The position numbers and the translations under genes are program-made. Source: Alphaproteobacteria bacterium (GTDB lineage Bacteria > Pseudomonadota > Alphaproteobacteria > CACIAM-22H2). Taken from it: DNA of 64,000 nucleotides. The stretch spans positions 50,165 through 114,164 of the forward strand of contig JAWLHE010000007.1 in the NCBI GenBank assembly GCA_041690495.1, in the 5' to 3' direction. Below the pieces are notes generated by a model. That model had not been told where the DNA came from. It made no database searches and saw only the letters and a list, made by a program, of their open reading frames with translations. Positions 55,810 to 64,000 of the stretch are shown here, one piece after another; position 1 is the stretch's first letter, and every line of letters starts with the position of its first letter.

Positions 55810-57048
55810 CTACGGATCCTCGGGTCTCCGGTTGGCGGCGAACCACAGCCAGCCCGCGACCTGCGCTGCGAAGACGATGGCGAAGGCCGCCTGATGGCCG
55901 GCCGGTGAGAAGCGGGCGCCTTCGGGCGTGAACCAGCTGATGATCGCGCCGACGCCGGCCTGGATGGCAAAGGCGCAGAGGAAGATCAGCAGGTTCAACC
56001 CGGAATTGACCCGTCCGGCCAGCTCTGCCGGGTACTGCCGGGTCAGATACGAGAATCCCAGGACGGATCCGGTGCCGAGCAGGACGAACGCGACCCACAG
56101 AACCGCACTGCCGGTCGTCACGTTCATCACCAGCGGCACCTGCACAATCAGATAGAGGCCGACCGCAGAAGAGAGCAGGGTGCGGTGACGGATGCCCGCG
56201 CGCATCAGCCGATCGGCAATCACGCCGCCGAGGGCGTAGCCGGGAATCATCGCCGCGGCGACGAAGAACAGCACGGCCGCGGTTGCTTCGCGGTCGAACC
56301 CGGCGACGTCGCGCAACCACGGCCCGGTCCACAGCCCCTGATAGGCGAGAAAGCTCGCCTGCGCCGTGACGGTGACCGGCGCCACGCTCCAGAACTTTGC
56401 CGAGCCAAGAATGGCGCCGACCGCGCGGACCTGGTCCCTGAGATGGCCGCCGGTGCCGGCGCCGCGATCCGGCACGGCGCTCCAGATGTAGGCTGACGCC
56501 GCAGCCGTGAGTCCGGCGAGGCACAGGAACAGGAAACGCCAGTCGGTGATCTTGAGCAGCCATTCGACGGGCAGGGTCGCGACGGTGGCGCCAAGGCCGC
56601 CGAAGCCGAGAATGAATCCGTTGGCGGCGGCAAGGCGCTGCGGCGGCCAGAACATCACATTGGCCTTGAAGCTCGCCATCAGGCATGACGAGACGCCGAG
56701 CCCGATCAGCGCGCGCCCGAGCGCGAGCTGCGGTACGTCGCGGGCGAGGGCGAACACGATCGACCCCGCGGCGGCGCAGAGCAGCAGGGACGCCTCGACC
56801 CGGCGTGGCCCGAAGCGATCGAGCAGGATGCCGAGCGGGAGCTGAAACAGGGCGAAGGTAATGAAATAGGCGCTGGTCAGCAGCCCCAGCCCCGCCGCAT
56901 CGAGTCCGAGATCGGCGACCAGATCCGGGCCGATCACGGCGTTGACGGTGCGATAGAGATAGCTGAGGAAATATCCGGCGGCGAACGGCAGGAAGCAGGT
57001 GGCGATCAGCCTGGGAAGGCCGACCGGCCCGACGGCGGTGCTCGGCAA
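55810..57048 (-). CDS. MFS transporter
   Basis: 12-TM major facilitator topology and an LDRFGPRR loop motif. Confidence 0.75.
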   Translation of the reverse strand: MPSTAVGPVGLPRLIATCFLPFAAGYFLSYLYRTVNAVIGPDLVADLGLDAAGLGLLTSAYFITFALFQLPLGILLDRFGPRRVEASLLLCAAAGSIVFALARDVPQLALGRALIGLGVSSCLMASFKANVMFWPPQRLAAANGFILGFGGLGATVATLPVEWLLKITDWRFLFLCLAGLTAAASAYIWSAVPDRGAGTGGHLRDQVRAVGAILGSAKFWSVAPVTVTAQASFLAYQGLWTGPWLRDVAGFDREATAAVLFFVAAAMIPGYALGGVIADRLMRAGIRHRTLLSSAVGLYLIVQVPLVMNVTTGSAVLWVAFVLLGTGSVLGFSYLTRQYPAELAGRVNSGLNLLIFLCAFAIQAGVGAIISWFTPEGARFSPAGHQAAFAIVFAAQVAGWLWFAANRRPEDP

Positions 57049-57049
57049 A

Positions 57050-57376
57050 CTAAGCCTCGGTGAGTAGTGCTCGCCCTTCGGGCGTCAGACGGCAGACCAG
57101 CCAATCCGGCTTGAGCGGGTTGGCGAACCATTGTTCAGCCCAGCCCTGCTCGATGCAAGCGCGGATCGTGCGGGCATCCACCTGCTTGCCGTCCGCGTCG
57201 AACAGCGGCAGCTTGCCGCCGGGCTGGCCGAGGCCGGAGGAAAGCCAGGCGCGTTGTGCGTCGGTTGGCTGGCCGGGCGCCGATGGGAGACCGCGGGGCC
57301 GCTTCGGCCACGAGGAGTCGGGTTGGGCCTCGCGCCGCGGGCGGAACGGAACCACGGGATTCGCCGGATCGGACAT
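57050..57376 (-). CDS. Hypothetical protein, translationally coupled to downstream MFS gene
   Basis: Stop at 57050 abuts the MFS start at 57048. Pro/Arg-rich N-terminus and a globular C-terminal part. No domain recognised. Start chosen at MSDPANP (57376); the longer frame to 57433 is possible. Confidence 0.4.
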   Translation of the reverse strand: MSDPANPVVPFRPRREAQPDSSWPKRPRGLPSAPGQPTDAQRAWLSSGLGQPGGKLPLFDADGKQVDARTIRACIEQGWAEQWFANPLKPDWLVCRLTPEGRALLTEA

Positions 57377-57472
57377 CCTTGCCGCACCCCCTGCCTTTGC
57401 CGCGACTTTAGGCCAGATACCGGTAACCGCCAAGCTTGGCTTCCGCGATGGCGGGGATTAGCTTTGGAAACG

Positions 57473-57817
57473 ATGGAATTCCGCCTCCTGTACATCACTG
57501 CTGCGAAGGTCGAGGAGGCGCGGCGCATCGGCCAGAGTCTGGTCGAATCGCGCCTTGCCGCATGCGCCAACATCGTCCCGGGCGTGGAGTCGATCTATCA
57601 CTGGCAGGGCGAAGTGGTGCAGGACCGCGAGGTGCTGCTGATCGTAAAGACTCGCGCCGCGCTGGTCGAAGCGGCGATCGCCAGGGTCAAGGAACTGCAT
57701 AGCTATACCTGCCCATGCGTGGTGGCCCTGCCGATCCTGGCCGGCAACCCCGCCTATCTCGAGTGGCTGGGGCAGGAGACCGAGGCCGCCGGGCAAGCGA
57801 AGGATGCCGTGACGTGA
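57473..57817 (+). CDS. cutA: Divalent-cation tolerance protein CutA
   Basis: About 114 aa CutA1 fold pattern (LLYITAAKVEEARRIGQSLVESRLAACANI...YHWQGEV...LLIVKT...YTCPCV). Confidence 0.8.
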   Translation: MEFRLLYITAAKVEEARRIGQSLVESRLAACANIVPGVESIYHWQGEVVQDREVLLIVKTRAALVEAAIARVKELHSYTCPCVVALPILAGNPAYLEWLGQETEAAGQAKDAVT

Positions 57818-57905
57818 CCCGTACGGTACAGGGTTGCGTTTCGTGCATGATGGAGACGCTGCCATACCGGTACGCCGCGGTCCCGCCGGCTGCAACAATG
57901 TGACC

Positions 57906-59117
57906 ATGCCGCAACCGTCCGCCAAGCTCGCGCAGGGCTTCTCCAATATCGGCCATGCGTATTCGCATATCCTGATGGTTCTGTATCCGACCGTCGTGCT
58001 GGCGTTGGAGGGGGGCTGGGGGCTCAGCTACGGCGAGCTGATCGGGCTGATGCTGGTCGGCCAGATCCTATTCGGCGTCGCGGCGCTGCCGGCGGGCTGG
58101 CTGGGCGACCGCTGGTCGACCGTGGGCATGATGGTGCTGTTCTTCGTCGGCACCGGCGGCTCCGCAGTGGTCGCGGGCTTCGCCCGCGACCCGCTCGAGC
58201 TTGCGGTCGGGCTGTCGCTGATCGGCCTGTTCGCGTCGATCTACCATCCTGTCGGCATGGCGTGGCTGGTCCGCAATGCCGTCAATCGCGGTCGCGCGCT
58301 TGGCGCCAACGGCATGTACGGGGCGATCGGCCTCGCCGTCGCACCGCTCATTGCAGGCGCCCTGACCGACATGATCTCGTGGCGTGCCGCATTCATCATT
58401 CCCGGCGGCACCTGTGTCGCGGTCGGCGCTGCGCTGTACGCCGCATCGCGGCTTGGCTACGTCGCCGACACGCATGTCGATCTCAAGCCGCAGCCGGAGC
58501 CGGGCCGGGGCGATGTCGTGCGCGCGTTCTTCGTCCTGTCGCTGACCATGACCTGCGTCGGCCTGATCGGCCAGGCGTTCCAGGTGATGCTGCCGAAGCT
58601 GTTCGCCGAGCGCATGCCGGCCCTTGCCAGCGACAGCGCTTTCGGCGCCGGCACGCTGGTGATGATCGTCTACCTGTTCGCGGCCATGGCGCAGCTCGTC
58701 GGCGGCCGTCTCGCCGACCGTTTCGAGATGCGCAGTGTCTATATCTTCGCCTTCATGCTGCAGGTTCCGGTGCTGTTCGTGGCGGCGACGCTCGCCGGAA
58801 TGCCGTTGCTCATGATCTCGATTACCATGGTCTTCATCAACGTCGCCGCCCTGCCGGCGGAGAACGGGCTGCTGGCGCGCTACACGCCGGGCAAGTGGCG
58901 CGCCACGGCCTATGGCGCCAAGTTCGTGCTGGCGCTCGGCGTCAGCGCCGCGGCGATTCCCCTGATCGGCTACATCTACGACGCGACCGGCGGGTTCTTC
59001 TGGCTGTTCATCCTGCTCGGGTCGCTTGCCGCGATCGTCTTCGGCGCGGCATGGCTGCTGCCCGGCGAGCGGCCGCGCGCACCGGCCCGCGCTCCGGTCA
59101 CGGAAGCGGCGGATTGA
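57906..59117 (+). CDS. MFS transporter
   Basis: 12-TM MFS topology. Start chosen at MPQPSAKL within the longer ORF-track frame. Confidence 0.7.
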   Translation: MPQPSAKLAQGFSNIGHAYSHILMVLYPTVVLALEGGWGLSYGELIGLMLVGQILFGVAALPAGWLGDRWSTVGMMVLFFVGTGGSAVVAGFARDPLELAVGLSLIGLFASIYHPVGMAWLVRNAVNRGRALGANGMYGAIGLAVAPLIAGALTDMISWRAAFIIPGGTCVAVGAALYAASRLGYVADTHVDLKPQPEPGRGDVVRAFFVLSLTMTCVGLIGQAFQVMLPKLFAERMPALASDSAFGAGTLVMIVYLFAAMAQLVGGRLADRFEMRSVYIFAFMLQVPVLFVAATLAGMPLLMISITMVFINVAALPAENGLLARYTPGKWRATAYGAKFVLALGVSAAAIPLIGYIYDATGGFFWLFILLGSLAAIVFGAAWLLPGERPRAPARAPVTEAAD

Positions 59118-59141
59118 GCCCGGCTCCAGAAGGAACGCATC

Positions 59142-59207
59142 ACCCGCGGACTTGATCCGCGGGTCCATGGTGCCTGTGCAATGAATGCCCGGGTCAAGCC
59201 CGGGCAT
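59142..59207. repeat. Two adjacent perfect palindromic hairpins between convergent MFS and metY genes
   Basis: acccgcgga-cttgat-ccgcgggt (59142-59164) and atgcccggg-tcaag-cccgggcat (59185-59207), seen directly. Probable bidirectional terminators or REP-like elements. Confidence 0.45.
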
Positions 59208-59220
59208 GACGCTCCTGGAG

Positions 59221-60573
59221 TCAGACGCGCGCCTTCTTTTTGGCAGACGTCTTCCCGGCGGCACTCTTCGGCACCGCGGCCCGCAGGGCCTGATCGAGAT
59301 CGGCGATGAGGTCGTCTGCGTTTTCGATGCCGACCGACAGGCGGATCACGTCGGGACCGGCGCCGGCCTTGACCTGCTGCTCCTCGGTGAGCTGGCGATG
59401 GGTGGTCGATGCGGGATGGATGATCAGCGAGCGCGTGTCGCCGATATTGGCGAGATGCGAGAACAGCTCGACGCCCTCGACCACCTTCACGCCCGCCTCG
59501 TAGCCGCCCCTGACACCGAAGGTGAAGACCGATCCGGCGCCCCTGGGCAGGTATTTCTTCGCGAGCTTGTGATACGGGCTCGATTTGAGCCCGGCGTACG
59601 ACACCCAGGCGACGGCCGGATGGCCTTCGAGGAACGCCGCCACCTTCTGCGCATTCGCGACGTGGCGCTCCATGCGCAGGTGCAGCGTCTCGATGCCGGT
59701 GAGCGTCAGGAAGGCGTTCATCGGCGCCATGGCCGGGCCGAGATCGCGCAGCGCCACCGCGCGCGTCTTCATGGTGTAGGCGAAATCGCCGAATGTCTCG
59801 GCGAAGTTGAGGCCGTGGTAGGCCGGATCGGGACCGGCGAGGGTCGGGAACTTGCCGCTGGCGCCCCAGTCGAATTTGCCGGATTCGATGACCGCGCCGC
59901 CCATGGAGGTGCCGTGGCCGGACAGGAACTTGGTCGTCGAATGGACGACGATGTCGGCCCCCCATTCGAACGGCCGGCACAGCCAGGGCGAGGCCATGGT
60001 GTTGTCGACGATCAGCGGGATGCCCGCCTTGCGCGCGATCGCCGCGACCGGCTCGATGTCGACGATGATGCCGCCGGGGTTGGCGAGGATCTCGACGAAG
60101 ATCGCCTTGCACTTCGGCGTCAGCGCCTTGCGGAAATTCTCCGGCTCGGTCGGATCGACGAAATGGCACTTCCAGCCGAACTTCTTGAAGCTGTGTGTAA
60201 ACTGCGTGACCGAGCCGCCGTAGAGATTGCGGCTGGCGACGAACTCGTCGCCCGGTTCCATGAGGGTGAAGAACGCGAGCAGCTGCGCCGCATGGCCCGA
60301 CGCCGCCGCAACCGCGCCGCGGCCGCCTTCGAGGCTGGCCAGCCGCTCCTCGAGCACGGCCACTGTCGGGTTGCCGATGCGGGAGTAGATGTAGCCAAAG
60401 GTCTGCAGGTTGAAGAGCGAGGCCGCGTGGTCGGCATCGTCGAACACGTAGGACGTGGTCTGGAAGATCGGGGTGTTGCGCGCCCCGGTGGTCGGGTCGG
60501 GCGTGGCACCGGCATGGACGGCGAGGGTCTCGAGTCCGAACCCCTTCGGCTTGGCACGGCTGTCGTCGGGCAT
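59221..60573 (-). CDS. metY: O-acetylhomoserine aminocarboxypropyltransferase (O-acetylhomoserine sulfhydrylase)
   Basis: Cys/Met-metabolism PLP enzyme family with the MetY-type length. PLP-lysine context (STTKFLSGHG), plus N-terminal GFGLETLAVHAG and TPIFQTTSYVF. Start chosen at MPDDSRAK (60573). Confidence 0.9.
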   Translation of the reverse strand: MPDDSRAKPKGFGLETLAVHAGATPDPTTGARNTPIFQTTSYVFDDADHAASLFNLQTFGYIYSRIGNPTVAVLEERLASLEGGRGAVAAASGHAAQLLAFFTLMEPGDEFVASRNLYGGSVTQFTHSFKKFGWKCHFVDPTEPENFRKALTPKCKAIFVEILANPGGIIVDIEPVAAIARKAGIPLIVDNTMASPWLCRPFEWGADIVVHSTTKFLSGHGTSMGGAVIESGKFDWGASGKFPTLAGPDPAYHGLNFAETFGDFAYTMKTRAVALRDLGPAMAPMNAFLTLTGIETLHLRMERHVANAQKVAAFLEGHPAVAWVSYAGLKSSPYHKLAKKYLPRGAGSVFTFGVRGGYEAGVKVVEGVELFSHLANIGDTRSLIIHPASTTHRQLTEEQQVKAGAGPDVIRLSVGIENADDLIADLDQALRAAVPKSAAGKTSAKKKARV

Positions 60574-60764
60574 GTCGTTTCTCCGGGTCAACTCAGGCGG
60601 TCTGTCTAGCACAACGGTGTGAGAGGGTCACCGGCGCGTCAGTTGGGGCGGCGCGGCTTACGAAATCGCAAGGCATTGATCTACAAGAGGTAACTTGGCT
60701 GCTTCATTGCTTCACCGCGTTTTGCAGTTTGCTGCCGCACGCTCGGGCCCCGACGCCTGTTCCG

Positions 60765-60809
60765 CTGTTTCATCTGTTTCAGCCGTTTCGGCTGTTTCAT
60801 CGTTTTACG
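60765..60809. repeat. Five tandem 9-bp repeats (consensus CYGTTTCRK)
   Basis: ctgtttcat ctgtttcag ccgtttcgg ctgtttcat cgttttacg, read directly in the divergent metY/GNAT intergenic region. Confidence 0.6.
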
Positions 60810-60852
60810 CGGGTCTGCAGAATGACCGCCTTCGGTTCAGGTGCTGCAAAGG

Positions 60853-60887
60853 ATTACGCCCGCCCGGCGAGGCCGGGCGGGCGTAAT
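60853..60887. repeat. Perfect 16-bp GC-rich stem-loop
   Basis: attacgcccgcccggc-gag-gccgggcgggcgtaat, seen directly. No flanking U-tract. Confidence 0.6.
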
Positions 60888-60997
60888 TCTCCGGGCAAGA
60901 GTTCAGCACGATGCCGGCCGGGACGGAATGGGCTTTCTTGACTCAGGATCGGTTTCCGTCCCCAAAAGGACTCGCGAGGAGACAGGCAAGAGGCGCC

Positions 60998-61504
60998 ATG
61001 ACCGGCGACACCGTGCATCCCGTGCTGGCGGAGGCCGCCGACAGGTTGGCGGTCGAGCGGTTGCTGCAGGTCCATCTGCGCGAGCTCTCGGGCTATCGCA
61101 CCGCTCCGGCAACCGACGTTCATGCCTACCCGTATCTCGATCGGTACTGGACCGAGCCGGACCGGCGGGCCTTCCTGATCAGGCCGGGCGATCAGGTTGC
61201 GGGCTTCGCCCTCGTCAATGCCTGGGCGCCATCGGGGCTGCCGGTGGAGCGCGCCATGGCCGAGTTCTTTATCGTCCCGGGCCAACGGCGGTCAGGAATC
61301 GGCACCCGCGCGGCCGTGGAGATCATCGCGGGCCTGCCGGGCGTCTGGGAGATCGGCATGCTGGCCGCGCACGGCGCAGCGCAGGCCTTCTGGACCCATG
61401 TGCTAAGGCAGATGCCCGGCACCGTGCCGAGATGGATCGAGGGCGACGGACGGCGCTGGTCAGGCCGGATCCTCAGATTCCAGAGCACGGGGCGATGCAG
61501 GTGA
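60998..61504 (+). CDS. GNAT family N-acetyltransferase
   Basis: Acetyl-CoA-binding motif A-like QRRSGIGTRAAVE, with GNAT beta-strand context FALVNAW. Start chosen at MTGDTVHP. Confidence 0.65.
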   Translation: MTGDTVHPVLAEAADRLAVERLLQVHLRELSGYRTAPATDVHAYPYLDRYWTEPDRRAFLIRPGDQVAGFALVNAWAPSGLPVERAMAEFFIVPGQRRSGIGTRAAVEIIAGLPGVWEIGMLAAHGAAQAFWTHVLRQMPGTVPRWIEGDGRRWSGRILRFQSTGRCR

Positions 61505-62332
61505 CGCATGCCCCGGCGCGCCGGCGCGCCGCCCGGACCGGAACGGGTGCAGCAGCATCGACGAGACGGTCAGGCAGCTCTGCTCGCGGTGCTCCTCCAG
61601 GCCGATCTGCATGCGCTCGTGGCCAAGGGCAGGGGCGGCGCAGTACGTCGCGAACAGGCGGTCCCAGAACGGGAAGATGGTTCCGAAATTCGAGTCGGTT
61701 TCCGTGCGCTGCGCGGAGTGATGGATGCGGTGCATATCGGGCGTGATCACCACCCGCCGCAAGGAGCGGTCGAGCGCAGCAGGCAGAGTCGCATTGGCGT
61801 GCTGTGCGATCGACACGGCCACGGAGAGCGTCTCGAAGGCGATCACGGCCTCGACAGGCGGCCCGAGCACCGCGATGAGCGCGAATGCCCACGCGATGGC
61901 GACCATCACCTCGAAGGGATGGAAGCGCAGCGCGGTCGTGAAATCATAGTCGAGGTCGGTGTGATGTACCGCGTGGATGCGCCACAGGAGCGGCACGCCA
62001 TGGAGCACGCGGTGAAAGGCATAGCGCCCGAGATCAAGTGCCAGGATCGAGAAAGCAAGGGCCGGCCAGAAGGGCAGCCCGACGGCGTTGAGCAGACCCC
62101 AGCCGCGCTCGCCCAGCGCAACCGACAACGCAATGGCGGAAAGCGGAACCAGGCCGCGCACGACGATCGTATCGATCACCGTCAGCGTGAAATTGCCGAT
62201 CCAGCGCAGCCGCAACGGCGCCGCATTCGCGCGCCGCGGCACTGCTGCTTCCCAGATCGCGGCGACCGTGATGGCGCCCAGATACGCGCCGGCGTAATAG
62301 ACCGCCGCGGTTCCGGAGGGCTCCGCTTCCAT
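61460..62332 (-). CDS. Fatty acid hydroxylase / sterol desaturase superfamily membrane protein
   Basis: Histidine boxes HRVLH, HAVHH and HRIHH in a 4-TM protein. The 3' end overlaps the convergent GNAT gene by 45 nt. Confidence 0.75.
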   Translation of the reverse strand: MEAEPSGTAAVYYAGAYLGAITVAAIWEAAVPRRANAAPLRLRWIGNFTLTVIDTIVVRGLVPLSAIALSVALGERGWGLLNAVGLPFWPALAFSILALDLGRYAFHRVLHGVPLLWRIHAVHHTDLDYDFTTALRFHPFEVMVAIAWAFALIAVLGPPVEAVIAFETLSVAVSIAQHANATLPAALDRSLRRVVITPDMHRIHHSAQRTETDSNFGTIFPFWDRLFATYCAAPALGHERMQIGLEEHREQSCLTVSSMLLHPFRSGRRAGAPGHASPASPRALESEDPA

Positions 62333-62383
62333 CCCGGGGAGAGATCCGCCTGGCGGCGCTGGCCGCCGGGCGGATATGCGTTG

Positions 62384-62560
62384 CTACTTGCGGCGGATGA
62401 AACGATAGGCCACGGCCGCTCCCGCTGCCGCGCTGGCGATCAGGCCCATCGATGACGGCTCCGGGATCGGGACGGTTGTGTTGCCGGCGAACGCGGGGGC
62501 AGCGGCGCTGACGATGCCGGCGACCAGGGCGAGCGTGCCGGCCGAGAAAAATTGACGCAT
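62384..62560 (-). CDS. PEP-CTERM sorting-domain micro-protein (58 aa)
   Basis: Signal peptide MRQFFSAGTLALVAGIVSAAAPAFA, then GNTTVPI, then a canonical PEP-CTERM: PEP, a 17-residue hydrophobic span, RFIRRK. RBS GGAGG 6 nt upstream of the ATG at 62560. Confidence 0.55.
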   Translation of the reverse strand: MRQFFSAGTLALVAGIVSAAAPAFAGNTTVPIPEPSSMGLIASAAAGAAVAYRFIRRK

Positions 62561-62935
62561 GTCCGATTCCTCCAATTGTGCCGACGCACCCGGCTGGCGC
62601 ATCGGCCCTGCCGGAGGGAGACGCAAACACCATGCCATGGAGGGTTAATGTCGCCCTTACAATGACTTGGCGGTGTTTCAAAGCCGGCGACGCGCCAGCA
62701 TTTGTAAGATCCGCCGACACCCGCTGGGCACCGCACCAATTCCGTTGCGTCGCCCGGCCATGCATAATCGGGCCAAGAAGAAATTCGGGAGGAACGCCCT
62801 TGCCATACTTCAGGCTCTCCGCGCGCCGCCCGGCCCACGCCGAGTACGCCGCCGGTCACACGCACGCGCGCTTCGACTGCCGGCCTTCGGCCCGCCGGCG
62901 CGGGCCTGCCGCCACGCGCGCCCCGGAGGTCCCGC

Positions 62936-63433
62936 ATGCAGCTCTCTGACCGCATCACCGGCCTGACGCTGATCGGGGTCGGCGCATTGGCGGCCTACGG
63001 CGCTTCGCGCCTGCCACCGATGCCGGGACAGGATATCGGGCCGAGCGTCTTTCCGGCGGTGATCGGCTTCGGGCTGGCGTTGTGCGGCGCGCTGATCGCG
63101 TTCGGCGTCGGCCGGAGCTTCGAGGAGCAGGCCGAAGCCGATTTTTCAGCGCATCAGGAACCGCAGGAGCGGAGCTCGGACGTACGCTCGCGCTTCCATG
63201 GCCTGCGAGCGCTCGTACCGGTGGCGCTGCTGCTGTTCTACGTCGCTGCTGCGGAAACCGTCGGCTTCGTCCCGGTCGCGGCGATCATCGTCTTTACCAT
63301 CGCGTTCGCACTGGGCGCCGACTGGAGGCACGGGCTGGCCCTAGCGCTGCTGGCGCCGCCGGCCATCCACCTCCTGTTCTCGAAGCTGCTGCGCGTGCCG
63401 CTGCCGGCTGGTCTGCTGCCGATGCCCTGGTAG
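62936..63433 (+). CDS. tctB: Tripartite tricarboxylate transporter TctB family small permease
   Basis: About 165 aa, 4 TM, located immediately upstream of tctA. Confidence 0.7.
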   Translation: MQLSDRITGLTLIGVGALAAYGASRLPPMPGQDIGPSVFPAVIGFGLALCGALIAFGVGRSFEEQAEADFSAHQEPQERSSDVRSRFHGLRALVPVALLLFYVAAAETVGFVPVAAIIVFTIAFALGADWRHGLALALLAPPAIHLLFSKLLRVPLPAGLLPMPW

Positions 63434-63439
63434 ATCCGG

Positions 63440-64000
63440 ATGAGCACGTTCCTCGATGCGCTGTCGCTCGTCGCCCAGCCGGACGTTCTGCTCGCGATAG
63501 TTCTAGCGTCGATCTATGGCCTGGTCGTCGGCGCGCTGCCCGGACTCACGGCGACGATGGCCACCGCCCTGCTGGTGCCGGTGACTTTCTACCTGTCGCC
63601 GATAGCCGCCATCGCGACCATCATCGCCACGTCAGCCATGGCGATCTTCGCCGGCGACATTCCCGGCGCGCTGCTTCGCATCCCCGGCACCCCCGCTTCG
63701 GCCGCCTATACCAACGAAGCCTACGCGATGACGCGCAAGGGCCAGCCCGAACTGGCGCTTGGCATCGGCCTGTGGTTCAGCGCGATCGGCGGCATTGCCG
63801 GGACGCTGTCGCTGATCCTGCTTGCGCCGACGCTTGCCGAGATGGCGCTCAACTTCTCCACCTTCGAGTATTTCTGGCTGGCGCTGCTCGGCCTGATGTG
63901 CGCGACGCTGGTGGCGCGCTCGTCGCCGGTCAAGGCGATCGCCAGTATGCTGGTCGGGCTGCTGTTCTCGTGTATAGGCATGGAGAATCCCTCGGGTGTG
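63440..64000 (+). CDS. tctA: Tripartite tricarboxylate transporter TctA family large permease, 3' end truncated by window edge
   Basis: N-terminal TctA pattern (GALPGLTATMATALLVPVTFYL, GTPASAAYT). The frame runs open to base 64000. Confidence 0.8.
   Translation, partial: MSTFLDALSLVAQPDVLLAIVLASIYGLVVGALPGLTATMATALLVPVTFYLSPIAAIATIIATSAMAIFAGDIPGALLRIPGTPASAAYTNEAYAMTRKGQPELALGIGLWFSAIGGIAGTLSLILLAPTLAEMALNFSTFEYFWLALLGLMCATLVARSSPVKAIASMLVGLLFSCIGMENPSGV

Noticed and set aside
60574-60760. SAM-II riboswitch upstream of metY
   Set aside because: The leader has a loose GCGAUUU...GCC segment, but the conserved AAAGC/RBS-proximal pseudoknot elements cannot be convincingly recognised by eye. 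Left as a check, not as a feature.

Overview
The window is 64 kb of high-GC DNA, gene-dense on both strands, with no transposases, integrases, CRISPR arrays or rRNA. Gene content and order (glyA-nrdR-ribD-ribE-ribB-ribH-nusB-thiL; bamE-yceD-rpmF-plsX-fabH-ihfA-merR-tRNA-Pro; motAB; livHMGF-livK; hppA) are typical of an alphaproteobacterial chromosome, probably Rhizobiales/Bradyrhizobiaceae-like. That lineage call is inferred from synteny only. I support about 60 CDSs, one tRNA-Pro(GGG) and four Rho-independent bidirectional terminators.

Main modules:
- TRAP transporter: dctM, 5' truncated at the window edge, plus two tandem Tat-signal DctP paralogs.
- bpt and an RDD protein, overlapping by 4 nt, next to motA and motB.
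- Threonine ammonia-lyase.
- Minus-strand cluster of penicillin/AHL-acylase family, aldehyde dehydrogenase, a MatB-like acyl-CoA synthetase and a DMT exporter.
- A rhomboid protease flanked by two alpha/beta hydrolases.
- hemB.
- Valine-catabolic operon (acyl-CoA dehydrogenase, 3-hydroxyisobutyryl-CoA hydrolase, mmsB) with a MarR regulator.
- gcdH and ridA.
- Complete liv ABC transporter.
- mucR and rpiB.
- A tRNA-Pro-adjacent module: a GT-C-like polytopic membrane protein tightly coupled to a DUF2188 protein, followed by a three-gene phosphorelay (PAS-HK, REC, REC-HK).
- Three MFS transporters, cutA, metY, a GNAT, a fatty-acid hydroxylase, a 58-aa PEP-CTERM micro-protein, and tctB plus a 3'-truncated tctA.

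Most of the window is conserved core genome, and I see no clearly novel multi-gene system. The least-explained features are:
- the tRNA-proximal membrane-protein/DUF2188/phosphorelay module, with palindromic operator-like sequences on both sides;
- the PEP-CTERM micro-protein;
- the repeat- and hairpin-rich metY-GNAT intergenic region;
- the orphan acylase/MatB-like cluster.

The many long ORFs antisense to the real genes are GC-rich frame artefacts.
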